Part shown: piece by piece, positions 40,727 to 53,096 of the stretch | Layout of the letters: each line of letters begins with the position of its first letter | How positions within the stretch are numbered: the stretch's first letter is position 1 | Assembly: GCA_963764725.1 (NCBI GenBank) | Contig: CAVXTM010000016.1 | Location: 64,001 to 128,000 of the forward strand | Direction of reading: 5' to 3' | DNA: 64,000 nucleotides | DNA from: an uncultured Gammaproteobacteria bacterium | GTDB lineage: Bacteria; Pseudomonadota; Gammaproteobacteria; JACCXJ01 | The notes under the pieces: generated by a model | Told to the model about the DNA's origin: nothing | Database searches by the model: none | What the model saw: the letters and a program-made list of their open reading frames with translations, nothing else | Position numbers and translations under genes: made by a program

Positions 40727-43369
40727 TCACGGCGCGATTTGGCCCCGAACCCAGTCGCTCACCGTGGCGAGCGCAGCTTTTAATTTGTCCGGTTCACTGC
40801 CGCCGGCCTGAGCAAAGTCGGGCCGTCCCCCACCCTTGCCGCCAACCTGTTGGGCGACGAAATTCACCAAATCGCCGGCCCTCACATGGCGTATCAGATC
40901 CTTGGCCACGCCGGCCACCAAGAGTACTTTTCCAGATTGCACGCTTGCTAGCACGATGACCGCGTGCGAGAGCTTATCCTTCAAGCGATCCATGGCCGCG
41001 CGCAACGACGCGGGATCGGCGTCATCGATGATCTCCGCGAGCACCTTGACGCCGGCGATATCGACCGCGGCCTCGGAAAGATCGCGTCCGGTTTGAGTGC
41101 TGAGCCTGGCGCGAAGTTGCTGATTCTGTTTTTCTTCGTGCTTGAGGTTCTGCAACAACTGCTCTACTCGTACGCCGAGCTGCTCGCGCGGCGCTCTCAA
41201 GAGATCCGCAATCTGCTGCAGTTGCTGGTCGCTCTGGGTCACCCAGGCGAGCGCCCCCTCCCCTGTCTGGGCCTCGATGCGACGGACTCCGGCCGCAACC
41301 CCGGTCTCCGACACGATCTTGAATAAACCGATGTCACCGCTATGCCGCACATGCGTACCGCCGCATAGCTCGACCGAGAAATCCCCTATCTTGAGCACCC
41401 GCACCTGTTCCTCGTATTTCTCTCCGAAAAGCGCCAGGGCGCCGCTCTCAAGAGCCTGGCCTACGGGCATAATCACCGTCTCGACCTCGCGATTGGCGCG
41501 GATCTCGCGGTTGACCAAGCGCTCCACCTCATGCAACTCATCGGACTCGAGCGGCCCCGTGTGTGAGAAGTCGAAGCGCAAGCGCTCGGGCGCCACTAAC
41601 GAGCCCTTTTGGACGACATGCGTGCCCAGAACTTGCCGCAAGGCCGCGTGCAACAGATGCGTCGCGGAATGATTAAGCGCCGTAGCGCAGCGTAAGGCCG
41701 GATCGACCTGCGCGTGAACGGACTCTCCTTCTCGTAGGACTCCCCTCGTAAGCGATCCGAGGTGCAGAGTGGCGCTGGCTAGGCTCTGGGTATCCGAGAC
41801 GCGAAACAGGGCCTCGCGTGCGCAGAGATCCCCAATATCACCCACTTGTCCGCCGGCTTCGGCATAAAACGGTGTTCTATCGAGAACCACGACCCCCTGC
41901 TCTCCGGCTTGCAGCGCGGGAACCCGCTCTCCCTGCCGATATAGCGCCACGACCCGGGACTCACTCTTTAACCCCGCGTAACCGGTGAACTCGCTCCCCG
42001 AGACGCGCAGGGGATCATCGGCCGCAAGTGCGGGCAAGAGCGCCTCCATTGCCGCCGGCTGCCCGAACTGGCTGGCCGCCCGCGCCCGCTCGCGCTGTTG
42101 CTCCATCTCCCGCTCGAATCCCTCCATGTCCAAGGTCAAACTGCGCTCACGCGCGATGTCGGCGGTGAGATCGACCGGAAAACCGTAGGTATCGTAGAGT
42201 TGAAACACGTCGCGGCCCGGGATCACGCTCCCAGACAGATCAGCAATTGAACGCTCCAGAAGCTTGAGCCCGAGATCGAGCGTCTCGGCAAAGCGCTCCT
42301 CTTCCTGTTTCAAAACCCGCTCAATGGCAACTCGTCCCTCCGCTAATCTCGGATAAACCGCACCCATCTCGGTTGCGAGCACCGCTACGAGCCGGTGAAA
42401 GAAAGGTTCCCGTAACCCGAGCCGACGCCCGTGCCGAACGGCCCGACGGATGATGCGCCGGAGCACGTAACCCCGGCCATCGTTGGAGGGGACCACGCCC
42501 TCCGCGGCGATGAAGGCGCAGGAACGGATGTGATCGGCAATCGCCTGAACCGAGGTCCGATGCACGGCGTCTTTGTCGCTTACCAAAGCGATGACCGCGC
42601 CCGTCAGGGCGCGGAACACATCGATATCGTAGTTACTGTGGACCCCTTGCATGACGGCGGCGATGCGCTCCAAGCCCATCCCGGTATCGACCGAGGGATG
42701 TGGAATCGGGTGCAAGCGTCCGCTGTCATCGCGGTCATACTGGGTAAATACCAGGTTCCAAATCTCCACATAGCGATCCCCGTTCTGCTCAGGGCTTCCG
42801 GGCGGCCCACCCGCGATCGCCGCGCCGTGGTCGAAAAAGATCTCCGAGCAGGGACCACAGGGGCCCGTCGCGCCCATGGTCCAGAAGTTGTCTTGTTCCC
42901 CGCAGCGCGATAGGCGGCGCGTGTCGACCTTGATCTCATCGAGCCAGATCGAGGCCGCCTCGTCGTCGTCCTGGAACACCGTGATCCAGAGCCTTGCGGG
43001 ATCGACGCCCAAGGACCCGGTCAAAAACTCCCAGGCGTAGTGAATCGCCTCGCGCTTGAAATAATCACCGAAGCTGAAGTTTCCAAGCATCTCGAAAAAG
43101 GTATGGTGGCGCGCGGTGTAACCGACGTTCTCGAGATCGTTGTGCTTACCGCCGGCGCGCACGCATGCCTGGCAGGAGACGGCGCGCTGAAAGGGGTGCT
43201 GCTCGCGTCCCAAGAAGACGTTCTTGAATTGCACCATACCGGCATTGGTGAACAAGAGCGTCGGATCGTTGGCCGGCACCAGCGGTGAGCTGGGAACAAT
43301 CGTATGCTCTCGCGCGCTAAAGAAATCCAGAAATGCCCGCCGGATCTCGGCGCTGCTCTTTATCGACAT
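40727..43369 (-). CDS. alaS: Alanine--tRNA ligase
   Basis: [51 protein letters not shown]. Confidence 0.98.
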   Translation of the reverse strand: MSIKSSAEIRRAFLDFFSAREHTIVPSSPLVPANDPTLLFTNAGMVQFKNVFLGREQHPFQRAVSCQACVRAGGKHNDLENVGYTARHHTFFEMLGNFSFGDYFKREAIHYAWEFLTGSLGVDPARLWITVFQDDDEAASIWLDEIKVDTRRLSRCGEQDNFWTMGATGPCGPCSEIFFDHGAAIAGGPPGSPEQNGDRYVEIWNLVFTQYDRDDSGRLHPIPHPSVDTGMGLERIAAVMQGVHSNYDIDVFRALTGAVIALVSDKDAVHRTSVQAIADHIRSCAFIAAEGVVPSNDGRGYVLRRIIRRAVRHGRRLGLREPFFHRLVAVLATEMGAVYPRLAEGRVAIERVLKQEEERFAETLDLGLKLLERSIADLSGSVIPGRDVFQLYDTYGFPVDLTADIARERSLTLDMEGFEREMEQQRERARAASQFGQPAAMEALLPALAADDPLRVSGSEFTGYAGLKSESRVVALYRQGERVPALQAGEQGVVVLDRTPFYAEAGGQVGDIGDLCAREALFRVSDTQSLASATLHLGSLTRGVLREGESVHAQVDPALRCATALNHSATHLLHAALRQVLGTHVVQKGSLVAPERLRFDFSHTGPLESDELHEVERLVNREIRANREVETVIMPVGQALESGALALFGEKYEEQVRVLKIGDFSVELCGGTHVRHSGDIGLFKIVSETGVAAGVRRIEAQTGEGALAWVTQSDQQLQQIADLLRAPREQLGVRVEQLLQNLKHEEKQNQQLRARLSTQTGRDLSEAAVDIAGVKVLAEIIDDADPASLRAAMDRLKDKLSHAVIVLASVQSGKVLLVAGVAKDLIRHVRAGDLVNFVAQQVGGKGGGRPDFAQAGGSEPDKLKAALATVSDWVRGQIAP

Positions 43370-43377
43370 AGACTGCG

Positions 43378-43500
43378 ACGCAACCAATGTTATACAGACC
43401 GACTTCAAGAAATCTGGAAGTCCCTTCTCCCTCAGAGAGAAGGCTAGGATGAGGGGATATCTATCCCCTCATCCCCACCCTCTCCCGGGTGGGAGAGGGA
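43378..43500. repeat. Composite palindromic intergenic repeat, copy 1
   Basis: ACGCAACCAATGTTATACAGAC leader plus CCCTTCTCCC/GGGAGAGGG hairpins; inverted copy at 49337-49485. Confidence 0.8.
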
Positions 43501-43542
43501 GTTTATCGAAAGGCCTAAATTTCAAATATTCTTGGCTAGGAT

Positions 43543-43983
43543 TCAATCGCCTGTATCTAACGCGCGCCGGACCCGCTCCGCAATGAACCCACGGTTTACC
43601 AAGTAGCGTGCTTGACGCGCCCGCTCCTTCCTATCCACAGGCAACCGCGCGCCAAAGTGTTTAGCCCTGGTTTGAAGCATACGTTCTTCCCAGCACGGCT
43701 CCCCGGTACGGATTAATCCCGCGATGATCTCCGCGTCGATGCCGCGTTTCTTCAGCTCGGCAACGATCCGCAAGGGACCGTATCCGCGTTCGGTTTTCGA
43801 CGCGATAAAGGCGCCCGCAAAGCGTTCATCGCTCTGCCAGCCCGCGGCGGCGAGCTCGCGCAAGACCTGCTGCGCGAGGTCCTCCGGGCTGCCGCGCCGC
43901 GTAAGCCGCGCCGCGAGCTCCTTGCGGCTATATTCGCGTCGCGCGAGGAGGCTGAGAGCATACCGGCGCGCTCTGTCCTTCAG
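43543..43983 (-). CDS. recX: Regulatory protein RecX
   Basis: [43 protein letters not shown]; probable CTG start. Confidence 0.9.
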   Translation of the reverse strand: MKDRARRYALSLLARREYSRKELAARLTRRGSPEDLAQQVLRELAAAGWQSDERFAGAFIASKTERGYGPLRIVAELKKRGIDAEIIAGLIRTGEPCWEERMLQTRAKHFGARLPVDRKERARQARYLVNRGFIAERVRRALDTGD

Positions 43984-45011
43984 GCCCGCGCCTCCTCGGC
44001 CACCGGGCTGCGTTCCGCATTACCCGGCAGGAACTTCGCGCGGATTGCCTGCTCGATTGCGGCTGCCTTATCGGGATGTTCCTTGAGAAAGGCACGGGCA
44101 TTTTCCTTTCCCTGCCCGATGCGCTCGCCCCGGTAGCTGTACCAGGCGCCGGTCTTCTCGATGATCCCGCCCGCGACACCGAGGTCCACCACCTCTCCGG
44201 CACGCGAGACACCCTCGCCGTACAGAATATCGAAGATCGCCTCTTTGAAGGGCGGCGCCAACTTGTTCTTCACGACCTTGACGCGGGTCTCGTTGCCGAC
44301 GATTTCCTCATCGCGTTTGATGGAACCGATGCGGCGGATGTCGAGCCGAACCGAGGCGTAGAACTTGAGGGCGTTGCCGCCGGTCGTGGTCTCCGGGTTG
44401 CCGAACATGACGCCAATTTTCATGCGGATCTGGTTGATGAAAATCACCAAGGAATTGGAACGCTTGATGTTGCCGGTGAGCTTGCGCAAGGCTTGCGACA
44501 TGAGACGCGCTTGCAGGCCCACGTGCGTATCGCCCATCTCACCCTCGATCTCGGCCTTCGGCGTGAGCGCCGCGACCGAGTCGATCACAATGCAATCGAC
44601 CGCGCCCGAACGCACCAGCATGTCCGTGATCTCGAGCGCCTGCTCGCCGGTGTCCGGTTGGGAGACCAGCAGATCATCGATCTTGACCCCGACTTTTCCG
44701 GCGTAGCTCGGGTCCAAGGCGTGCTCGGCATCCACAAAGGCGGCGGTGCCCCCGCACCGCTGTATCTCAGCCACGGCGTGCAAGGCCAAGGTGGTCTTGC
44801 CCGAGGATTCCGGACCGTAGATTTCGACGATCCGGCCGCGCGGGAGACCCCCGACACCGAGCGCGATATCGAGCCCGAGCGATCCCGAAGAGACGGTCTC
44901 AACGTCGCGGACCGCTTGCACCTCACCCATGCGCATGACCGATCCCTTTCCGAACTGTTTCTCGATCTGGCTCAAGGCCATACCCAGTGCCTTTTTTCGA
45001 TTCTCATCCAT
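43980..45011 (-). CDS. recA: Recombinase A
   Basis: [23 protein letters not shown]. Confidence 0.99.
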   Translation of the reverse strand: MDENRKKALGMALSQIEKQFGKGSVMRMGEVQAVRDVETVSSGSLGLDIALGVGGLPRGRIVEIYGPESSGKTTLALHAVAEIQRCGGTAAFVDAEHALDPSYAGKVGVKIDDLLVSQPDTGEQALEITDMLVRSGAVDCIVIDSVAALTPKAEIEGEMGDTHVGLQARLMSQALRKLTGNIKRSNSLVIFINQIRMKIGVMFGNPETTTGGNALKFYASVRLDIRRIGSIKRDEEIVGNETRVKVVKNKLAPPFKEAIFDILYGEGVSRAGEVVDLGVAGGIIEKTGAWYSYRGERIGQGKENARAFLKEHPDKAAAIEQAIRAKFLPGNAERSPVAEEARA

Positions 45012-45399
45012 TGATTTTCCGTCCTCCGGCGCGCGTTAGATATCGTTGCCGCTGGTGCGAGCGTTAAAGGCGCCTCTTGAGCCCGTTCTGTTCGCGCGTT
45101 CTTACACCGCTCATTCGAAAGATCTTGTACGCGAGAAATCGGCAACGATCCACGCTAGCATACTAACTTCGGCAATTGAAATGTCATGCCACCACCATTC
45201 CCAAGCAACAGGCAGGAACGACGCGCCGATATACGGGATCAAATCATCACTAAACAAGAAAAGCATGTGCCCCAACACCTCGCCAAAAAGTCAAGTTATA
45301 GTCTGAAGATGCGAAATATGTGGCCCAGATGAGAAAGAAAAACAGCGAGACCGCCAAGAATATCCATCATGGTTGACGTTTTCATGGTTACTACACTGA

Positions 45400-45484
45400 G
45401 GTTAATCTAAATTAATGCCGCGTCTGTCATACACTTGAATGAACTGCGGCGATCCCGCGCGTCGGCTTGAGTGCGATGTTAGCC
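45400..45484 (-). other. Degenerate attC-like site
   Basis: GGCTAAC (RYYYAAC) contains the upstream ORF's stop and is followed by ATCGCACTCAAGCCGACGCG...CGCGGC. Confidence 0.45.
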
Positions 45485-45988
45485 ATGGCTACCCCTGGAC
45501 TCGCGTACAAGTTCGCATGCAGCAAAGCAGATGCGTTCAAGGTTGAGCGCGATGAGCACGAACTGCATTTTTGGTGAGAGCTGATCGTACTTCGATGGCT
45601 GGGGTACGACCTTGCACATCTCGTGCAGCATATCTACGGAGATGTGGACGGCCTCCTGCCCAAACTCAGGTAAGGCGTTGTAGAGGTCGGAGACAACCTG
45701 CTGCGACAGCGACGACGATAGGTCGTGTGCAAAGTCGTTGCGCAGCTTCCCGATCCGTCGCAGCGCTCCTCTGAATTTTGCGTCGAACCCAAGGCAGCAA
45801 GCAAGCTCAACCTTCTTCGCGTAGCTCAGATCGAGGTCGGCGAGGAATTTAGGTTCGACGACAGTCAGCTCCAGAAACGTGTTCACTTGAGCCTCAACGT
45901 AAAGGTGCGAGCGGATGACCGAGCCGACCTCGTCTTCTGCGAGTGCTGCCGAAACAAATTCAGCATTGATAGGCAATGACTCGGTCAT
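45479..45988 (-). CDS. HEPN-like (MtlR-type) protein
   Basis: SHLYVE and RNDFAH (RxxxxH) in a helical 169-aa protein. Confidence 0.6.
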   Translation of the reverse strand: MTESLPINAEFVSAALAEDEVGSVIRSHLYVEAQVNTFLELTVVEPKFLADLDLSYAKKVELACCLGFDAKFRGALRRIGKLRNDFAHDLSSSLSQQVVSDLYNALPEFGQEAVHISVDMLHEMCKVVPQPSKYDQLSPKMQFVLIALNLERICFAACELVRESRGSHG

Positions 45989-46056
45989 AGGGCTATCGGT
46001 GAACTAAGGATTATCAGGAAAAAAGCTTACCACATCGCACCAGACTTGGCGCGGGC

Positions 46057-46668
46057 TTACGGGTATGCGGACGATCCCCCAAGACGCCCTTGCGCTCCGT
46101 TTGGTTCGGCGCCGAGCCGCCAACGCGTGAGCACTTGATAATGCGACCCGTCGGGATTGGTTTTGGACTCGACCAAGGCAAAGTCATCAACGCGCCAGGC
46201 GACGGCAACGATCGGCCGTTCGCGCCGGACTACGAGCGCCTTGCGCATCAAAGTCACATGGGGTTTAAACGGACGCGTATCAAGATCAACGCCACAGCCG
46301 GCGACCCCCACGTTTAGATCTCGAACCAAAGCAGCGAGACTCTCCGGCAACTCGCGCGCACCGAGCCAAAGGATCCCGGATTTTGGCCATAAGCCGATTT
46401 GATCGAGTCGGAGATCGAACGAGTGTCCCGCGATCCCCGCGGCTATCTTCTCGGCACAGATCCGTGTTTGCGCCGTGACCGAGCCTAAGAAGAGGAGTGT
46501 GATATGGAGGTTTTCCGCAGCCACGGGTTTGGCCCGGCGTGCGTGTAACGAGGCCATTACCTCGACCAGGCAGGAGCGCACCTCCTCACTTGGCCACAAG
46601 GCAAAGAACAAGCGTTGGGCGGGCGCCTCGCTCCGAGGAGAGCGCGATTTCTCTGCTTCGACATTCAT
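46057..46668 (-). CDS. thpR: RNA 2',3'-cyclic phosphodiesterase
   Basis: RLFFALWP, HITL and HVTL motifs. Confidence 0.92.
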   Translation of the reverse strand: MNVEAEKSRSPRSEAPAQRLFFALWPSEEVRSCLVEVMASLHARRAKPVAAENLHITLLFLGSVTAQTRICAEKIAAGIAGHSFDLRLDQIGLWPKSGILWLGARELPESLAALVRDLNVGVAGCGVDLDTRPFKPHVTLMRKALVVRRERPIVAVAWRVDDFALVESKTNPDGSHYQVLTRWRLGAEPNGAQGRLGGSSAYP

Positions 46669-47138
46669 TGCAAGCGCTCGATAAGCCCGCGTAACGCTGT
46701 CTCGACAGCCTGCCGCCGCACCTTGTCCCGGTTGCCCTCAAAATGCTCGCACGCCGTGACCGGTGGGTGACCGCCGCCGGCCCAGGCGAACCATACGGTC
46801 CCAACCGGTTTGTCCTCGGAGCCGCCCTCCGGCCCCGCGATCCCGGTTACGGCAACGCTTATATCACTTCGACTATGGATGAGCGCGCCTTGGGCCATCT
46901 CGATGGCGGCCTCCGCGCTCACGGCGCCGAAGCGTGCGAGCGTCTCGGCATTAACCCCCAACATCTCCTGCTTGGCCTCATTCGAATAGGTCACGAAACC
47001 GCGCTCGAACCACGCGGAACTGCCCGCGATCGAGGTCACCACCTGGGCGACATAACCTCCGGTGCAGGACTCGGCGGTGGCGAGCCGGTAGCCCCGATGC
47101 TGCAATCGCCGTCCGAGCTCTCGCGCTAGCCGCCGCAC
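46665..47138 (-). CDS. pncC: NMN deamidase (CinA C-terminal family)
   Basis: AESCTGG, TYSNEAK, GAVS, TGIAGPEGG. Confidence 0.9.
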   Translation of the reverse strand: MRRLARELGRRLQHRGYRLATAESCTGGYVAQVVTSIAGSSAWFERGFVTYSNEAKQEMLGVNAETLARFGAVSAEAAIEMAQGALIHSRSDISVAVTGIAGPEGGSEDKPVGTVWFAWAGGGHPPVTACEHFEGNRDKVRRQAVETALRGLIERLQ

Positions 47139-47665
47139 CGGGACACGGTCGCGGCCAGCCTCTCTTCGGCGCGCCGCCGCTCAAAAAATCGTTTTAGCAA
47201 ACTACAACATTCGGCCTCGAGGATCCCGCCCTGCACTTCCACGTCGTGATTAAAGCGGCCGCTGCCCAGGATCTCGAAGACGCTGCCCACGGCCCCGGCC
47301 TTGGGATCACGCGCACCGTAGAGCACCCGCGCGATCCGGGCATGCACGCTGGCGCCCGCGCACATGACGCAGGGTTCCAAGGTCACAATCAAAGAGCAAC
47401 CGGGCATGCGGTAATTTCCAATCCGCTCCGCCGCACGCCGCAGCGCTATGATCTCGGCGTGGGCGGTGGGATCGTTGCGGCCGATCGGTTGGTTCCACCC
47501 TTCCCCAAGGATCTCATCATTCAGCACCACGACGGCGCCGACGGGGACTTCGCCGTGTTCTTCGGCACGGCAGGCGAGAGCGAGCGCCTGCCGCATCCAG
47601 CGCTCATCATTGACTCCCGTTAGGTGCCCTTCCCGCACCGCCGATTCCTCGTCGTTCATTCCCAC
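47126..47665 (-). CDS. tadA: tRNA adenosine(34) deaminase
   Basis: EVPVGAV, HAE, EPCVMC. Confidence 0.95.
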   Translation of the reverse strand: MGMNDEESAVREGHLTGVNDERWMRQALALACRAEEHGEVPVGAVVVLNDEILGEGWNQPIGRNDPTAHAEIIALRRAAERIGNYRMPGCSLIVTLEPCVMCAGASVHARIARVLYGARDPKAGAVGSVFEILGSGRFNHDVEVQGGILEAECCSLLKRFFERRRAEERLAATVSRCGG

Positions 47666-49230
47666 TCGATGGTAGCCGGCGGTTTTCCGGAGATGTCATA
47701 CACGACCCTTGAGACGCCGGGAACCTCGTTGAGAATTCGCCGCGCCACGTGATCCAGGAATTCGTGCGCGAGCGGCGCCCAGCGGGCGGTCATGAAATCC
47801 AAGGTCTCGACGGCGCGCAAGGCGACGACCGGCGCGTAGTGGCGCGCATCGCCGGTGACACCGACCGAGTTGACCGGTAACAACACTGCGAAGGCCTGGC
47901 TGACTTTCTCGTACAGTTCCTGCCGGTGCAGCTCGTCGATAAAAATCACATCCGCCCGCCGCAAGATCTCAGCGCGCGCCGCGGTGACTTCCCCTAAAAT
48001 CCTGACCGCAAGCCCCGGGCCGGGGAAAGGGTGGCGGTAGACCATATCGTAAGGCAGGCCGATCTCGATGCCGATCTTGCGGACCTCGTCCTTGAAGAGC
48101 TCCCGCAAGGGTTCGATCAGCTTCAGCTGCATGCGTTCCGGCAGGCCGCCCACGTTATGGTGGGACTTGATGACGTGGGCCTTGCCGGTCGCCGCATGCG
48201 CCGATTCGATGACATCGGGGTAAATAGTGCCCTGAGCCAGCCAGGCTACGTTGGGAAGTGTCCGCGCCGCTTCCTCGAATACCTGGATGAATTCCCGGCC
48301 GACAGCCTTACGTTTTTCTTCGGGATCGTGCAGGCCCGCCAAGGCATTGAGGAAGCGATCGGCGGCGTCCACGCGCAGCACTCGGAGGTGAAGGTGGCGC
48401 GTGAAAGTCGCCATGACTTGATCGGCCTCGTTCAGTCTCAGCAAGCCGTTATCGACGAAGACGCAGGTCAGCTGATCGCCGATCGCGTGCTGCAAAAGCG
48501 AGGCAACCACCGAGGAATCGACCCCCCCGGAAAGTGCCAGCAGGACCCGATCCTGCCCGACCCGCTCGCGCACGCGCGCCATGCTGTCCGCGATGATGCT
48601 CGCGGTGGTCCAGGAGCTCCCGCAGCCGCAAATCTCATGGATAAACCGGGCGAGGATGCGTTGCCCTTGGCGCGTGTGAGTGACCTCGGGATGAAACTGC
48701 AGGCCATAATACCGGCGCGCCTCGTCGGCCATGCCGGCGATCGGTGCCCCCTCGGTTGCGGCGATGCGGACGAATCCGGGCGGTAACTCGGTCACGCGAT
48801 CGCCGTGGCTCATCCACACATCCAGCACCCCGTGGCCATCCGGGCTCAGGTGATCCTCGATATCCTTGAGCAGAAGGGAATGGCCGGACACCGAGACCTG
48901 GGCGAAACCGAACTCCCGAACACACGAGGATTCGACCGCGCCCCCGAGCTGCGCCGCCATCGTCTGCATCCCATAACAGATACCGAGCACCGGCACACCG
49001 AGCACAAAGACCGGCGCGGGCGCCGCGATCTGCGGCGCCAGGGTGACGGATTCCGGGCCGCCCGAGAGCACGATGCCGCGCGGCTCAAAGCTCCGGATCC
49101 GCTCGTCGGCGAGATCGTAGGCGTGGATCTCGCAGTAGACACCGGCGTCCCGTATGCGCCGGGCGATGAGCTGGGTGTATTGAGAGCCGAAATCGAGGAT
49201 GAGGATGCGATCGCGATAGATATCTGCCAT
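47656..49230 (-). CDS. guaA: GMP synthase
   Basis: [35 protein letters not shown]. Confidence 0.98.
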   Translation of the reverse strand: MADIYRDRILILDFGSQYTQLIARRIRDAGVYCEIHAYDLADERIRSFEPRGIVLSGGPESVTLAPQIAAPAPVFVLGVPVLGICYGMQTMAAQLGGAVESSCVREFGFAQVSVSGHSLLLKDIEDHLSPDGHGVLDVWMSHGDRVTELPPGFVRIAATEGAPIAGMADEARRYYGLQFHPEVTHTRQGQRILARFIHEICGCGSSWTTASIIADSMARVRERVGQDRVLLALSGGVDSSVVASLLQHAIGDQLTCVFVDNGLLRLNEADQVMATFTRHLHLRVLRVDAADRFLNALAGLHDPEEKRKAVGREFIQVFEEAARTLPNVAWLAQGTIYPDVIESAHAATGKAHVIKSHHNVGGLPERMQLKLIEPLRELFKDEVRKIGIEIGLPYDMVYRHPFPGPGLAVRILGEVTAARAEILRRADVIFIDELHRQELYEKVSQAFAVLLPVNSVGVTGDARHYAPVVALRAVETLDFMTARWAPLAHEFLDHVARRILNEVPGVSRVVYDISGKPPATIEWE

Positions 49231-49336
49231 TGCGTGCCCGTCTTCCGGGAAGGGTCGATACTCCAACTCCCTGTCCTTCCGGGACAGGCATCGTCTATTC
49301 TCCCTCTCCTCCGGGAGAAGCACCGTCTCGTCTTGT

Positions 49337-49485
49337 CTCCCTCTCCCACAGGGAGAGGGTTGGGGTGAGGGGATCAGAATAATCGACGCATGTGTTTGAT
49401 TTGATTCCCCTCATCCTAACCTTCTCCCTGTGGGAGAAGGGACTTCCAGATTCGTCGAAGTCAGTCTGTATAACATTGGTTGCGT
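49337..49485. repeat. Composite palindromic intergenic repeat, copy 2
   Basis: Reverse-complement match to 43378-43500. Confidence 0.8.
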
Positions 49486-49521
49486 GAGAATTTAAGTCGT
49501 CGCCGGATGCGGGCTCTCGGT

Positions 49522-51018
<1,497 letters not shown>

Positions 51019-51076
51019 TTATAAAGGGGTGGTGGACCGTGGGTAAACGCCTAGTCCAAGCATCGCCGCCGGTCCG

Positions 51077-52483
51077 ATGATATCAGAACCTATCCTCGCC
51101 GCATCGACCATGGAAGACATTTATACCGTCACGCGCCTAAATCGCGAGGCGCGTATCCTTCTCGAGGGACATTTTCCACCGCTATGGATCGAAGGCGAGG
51201 TGTCGAACTTCGCCCGCCCGGCCTCGGGGCATCTGTATTTCTCGCTGAAGGATGCGCAGTGTCAGGTCCGCTGCGCCATGTTCCGGTCGCGGAATTTACT
51301 CGTCAATTTCAATCCGCACAACGGAATGCAGGTCATCGCCTACGCTCAGGCGAGCCTGTATGAAGGCCGGGGAGAGTTCCAGCTTATCGTCGAGCACCTT
51401 GAGCCCGCGGGTGAAGGCCGTTTGCGCTTGGCATTCGAGGCGCTTAAACAACGGATCGCGGCCGAAGGGCTGTTCAGCGAGGCGCATAAGATCCCGATAC
51501 CGGCGCTACCGCGTTCAATCGGCGTCGTGACCTCGCCCACCGGGGCCGCGATCCGCGACATTCTGAGCGTCCTGGGCCGGCGCTTCCCATCGATCCCGAT
51601 CGTACTCTATCCCGTACCGGTGCAGGGAGCGGGCGCCGCCGAGGCGATCGCCCGCATGATCGCGCTAGCCGACGGCCGTGCCGAGTGCGACGTGCTGATC
51701 GTAGCGCGCGGCGGCGGATCCTTGGAGGACCTCTGGGCGTTCAACGAAGAGACGGTCGCGCGGGCCATCTACGCCTGCAAGCTTCCGGTCGTAACCGGGA
51801 TCGGCCACGAGATCGATTTTACCATTGCGGATCTGGTCGCCGACCGCCGCGCCCCGACGCCCTCGGCGAGCGCCGAGTTGGTGAGCCCTGACCGTAGCCA
51901 ACTCAGCGCACAGCTCGCGGAGCTGGAACGGCGGCTAGCGCATCTATTCCGCGGATCGTTTGCACGCGTGCAGATGCTACTGGAACACCTGCAAAAACGC
52001 CTGCTCCATCCTGGCCGGCGCGTGCTGGATCTCGCCCAGCGCGCCGATGAGCTATCACTGCGCTTGGAGCGCGCCGCGCGCAGCGGGATCGCGGCCAAGC
52101 ACACGCGGCTCGAAACCCTATCCGCCAGGCTTTGGAGCCTGGCGCCGTCCGCGCTGATTGCGCTGCACCTGACCGAGTGTGATCACTATGTGAGGCGACT
52201 GCGGCACGGGATCGATCAGTCGCTGGCAAAGACGACTGGGAAACTCGTAAATTTAAGCCGCGCTTTGCAAGCCGTGAGCCCGCTCGCGACCCTGGAACGT
52301 GGTTACGCCATCGTCACCCGGCTGCCCGGAGGTGAAATCGTTCGCGACGCTGCGCGGGTCGCGCCCGGTTGCGAGATCGATACGCGCCTCGCCCGGGGAC
52401 GCCTGCGCTGCTTCGTCGAAGCCGTATTCGAGCGTGAAGGGCCGGGTGAGGCGCCGGCGGATGCGAAGTACGAAGGCACGTAA
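51077..52483 (+). CDS. xseA: Exodeoxyribonuclease VII large subunit
   Basis: SGHLYFSLKD, RGGGSLEDL, GHEID, RAPTPS. Confidence 0.97.
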   Translation: MISEPILAASTMEDIYTVTRLNREARILLEGHFPPLWIEGEVSNFARPASGHLYFSLKDAQCQVRCAMFRSRNLLVNFNPHNGMQVIAYAQASLYEGRGEFQLIVEHLEPAGEGRLRLAFEALKQRIAAEGLFSEAHKIPIPALPRSIGVVTSPTGAAIRDILSVLGRRFPSIPIVLYPVPVQGAGAAEAIARMIALADGRAECDVLIVARGGGSLEDLWAFNEETVARAIYACKLPVVTGIGHEIDFTIADLVADRRAPTPSASAELVSPDRSQLSAQLAELERRLAHLFRGSFARVQMLLEHLQKRLLHPGRRVLDLAQRADELSLRLERAARSGIAAKHTRLETLSARLWSLAPSALIALHLTECDHYVRRLRHGIDQSLAKTTGKLVNLSRALQAVSPLATLERGYAIVTRLPGGEIVRDAARVAPGCEIDTRLARGRLRCFVEAVFEREGPGEAPADAKYEGT

Positions 52484-52625
52484 TCACTGCCTAACGCTCA
52501 TTCCATACCCCGGATTGTGGCTTTGCTAGGTTCCGGAAATAGGCTATATTGAGAATACGTCTTTTGTAATCAAAAGACGGGGCATCATATAAAGTATAGT
52601 ACTTTAATTATAAGGAGGAACGGTT

Positions 52626-52712
52626 ATGGGTACTGAAGTTATGATGATAATTCCTGTAATAGTTGCACTTATAGGAATAGCTCTCTACCGCTGGGGCAGG
52701 AGCAACGATTGA
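52626..52712 (+). CDS. Putative 28-aa single-pass membrane protein
   Basis: TAAGGAGG RBS; MGTEVMMIIPVIVALIGIALYRWGRSND. Confidence 0.6.
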   Translation: MGTEVMMIIPVIVALIGIALYRWGRSND

Positions 52713-52847
52713 AATCCGGAAGCGTTATCCCGAAAAGGGTTATTCATAGCTAATAAAAAAAGGAACCCGGGCGGCCGGGAGCGGTACCGATGAATCTGCC
52801 GCGACCCGGCCGCTTCTTAGCAACAGGGAGCACGGATTAACTACTAA

Positions 52848-53034
52848 TCCTCCCGTGCCATAAGCCCCTGAAAGCCGCTCTGGAGCTTTGAAATCACCCC
52901 CTAAATGCGCATTTACCTTGTAAACTCCGCTTTTCGCGAGATCCGCAAGCTCGCCGAGAGCGGTCATCAAACGGCAATCCTCAGCACGGACTATCGCTCG
53001 AGACCACGAGGGTCGTAAACGTCGCTTACGGCAC
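52848..53034. repeat. Degenerate MITE related to 39220-39362
   Basis: Shares the internal AAAGCGGAGTTTAC..GTAAATG.GCATTT motif (inverted) and a similar end TCCTCCCGTGCCATAAG. Confidence 0.5.
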
Positions 53035-53096
53035 CCTCGATGGGACGCCCGCCGATATTCCGCTGGCGAGCCATTATGGATTGTCCGGTTCCAATC

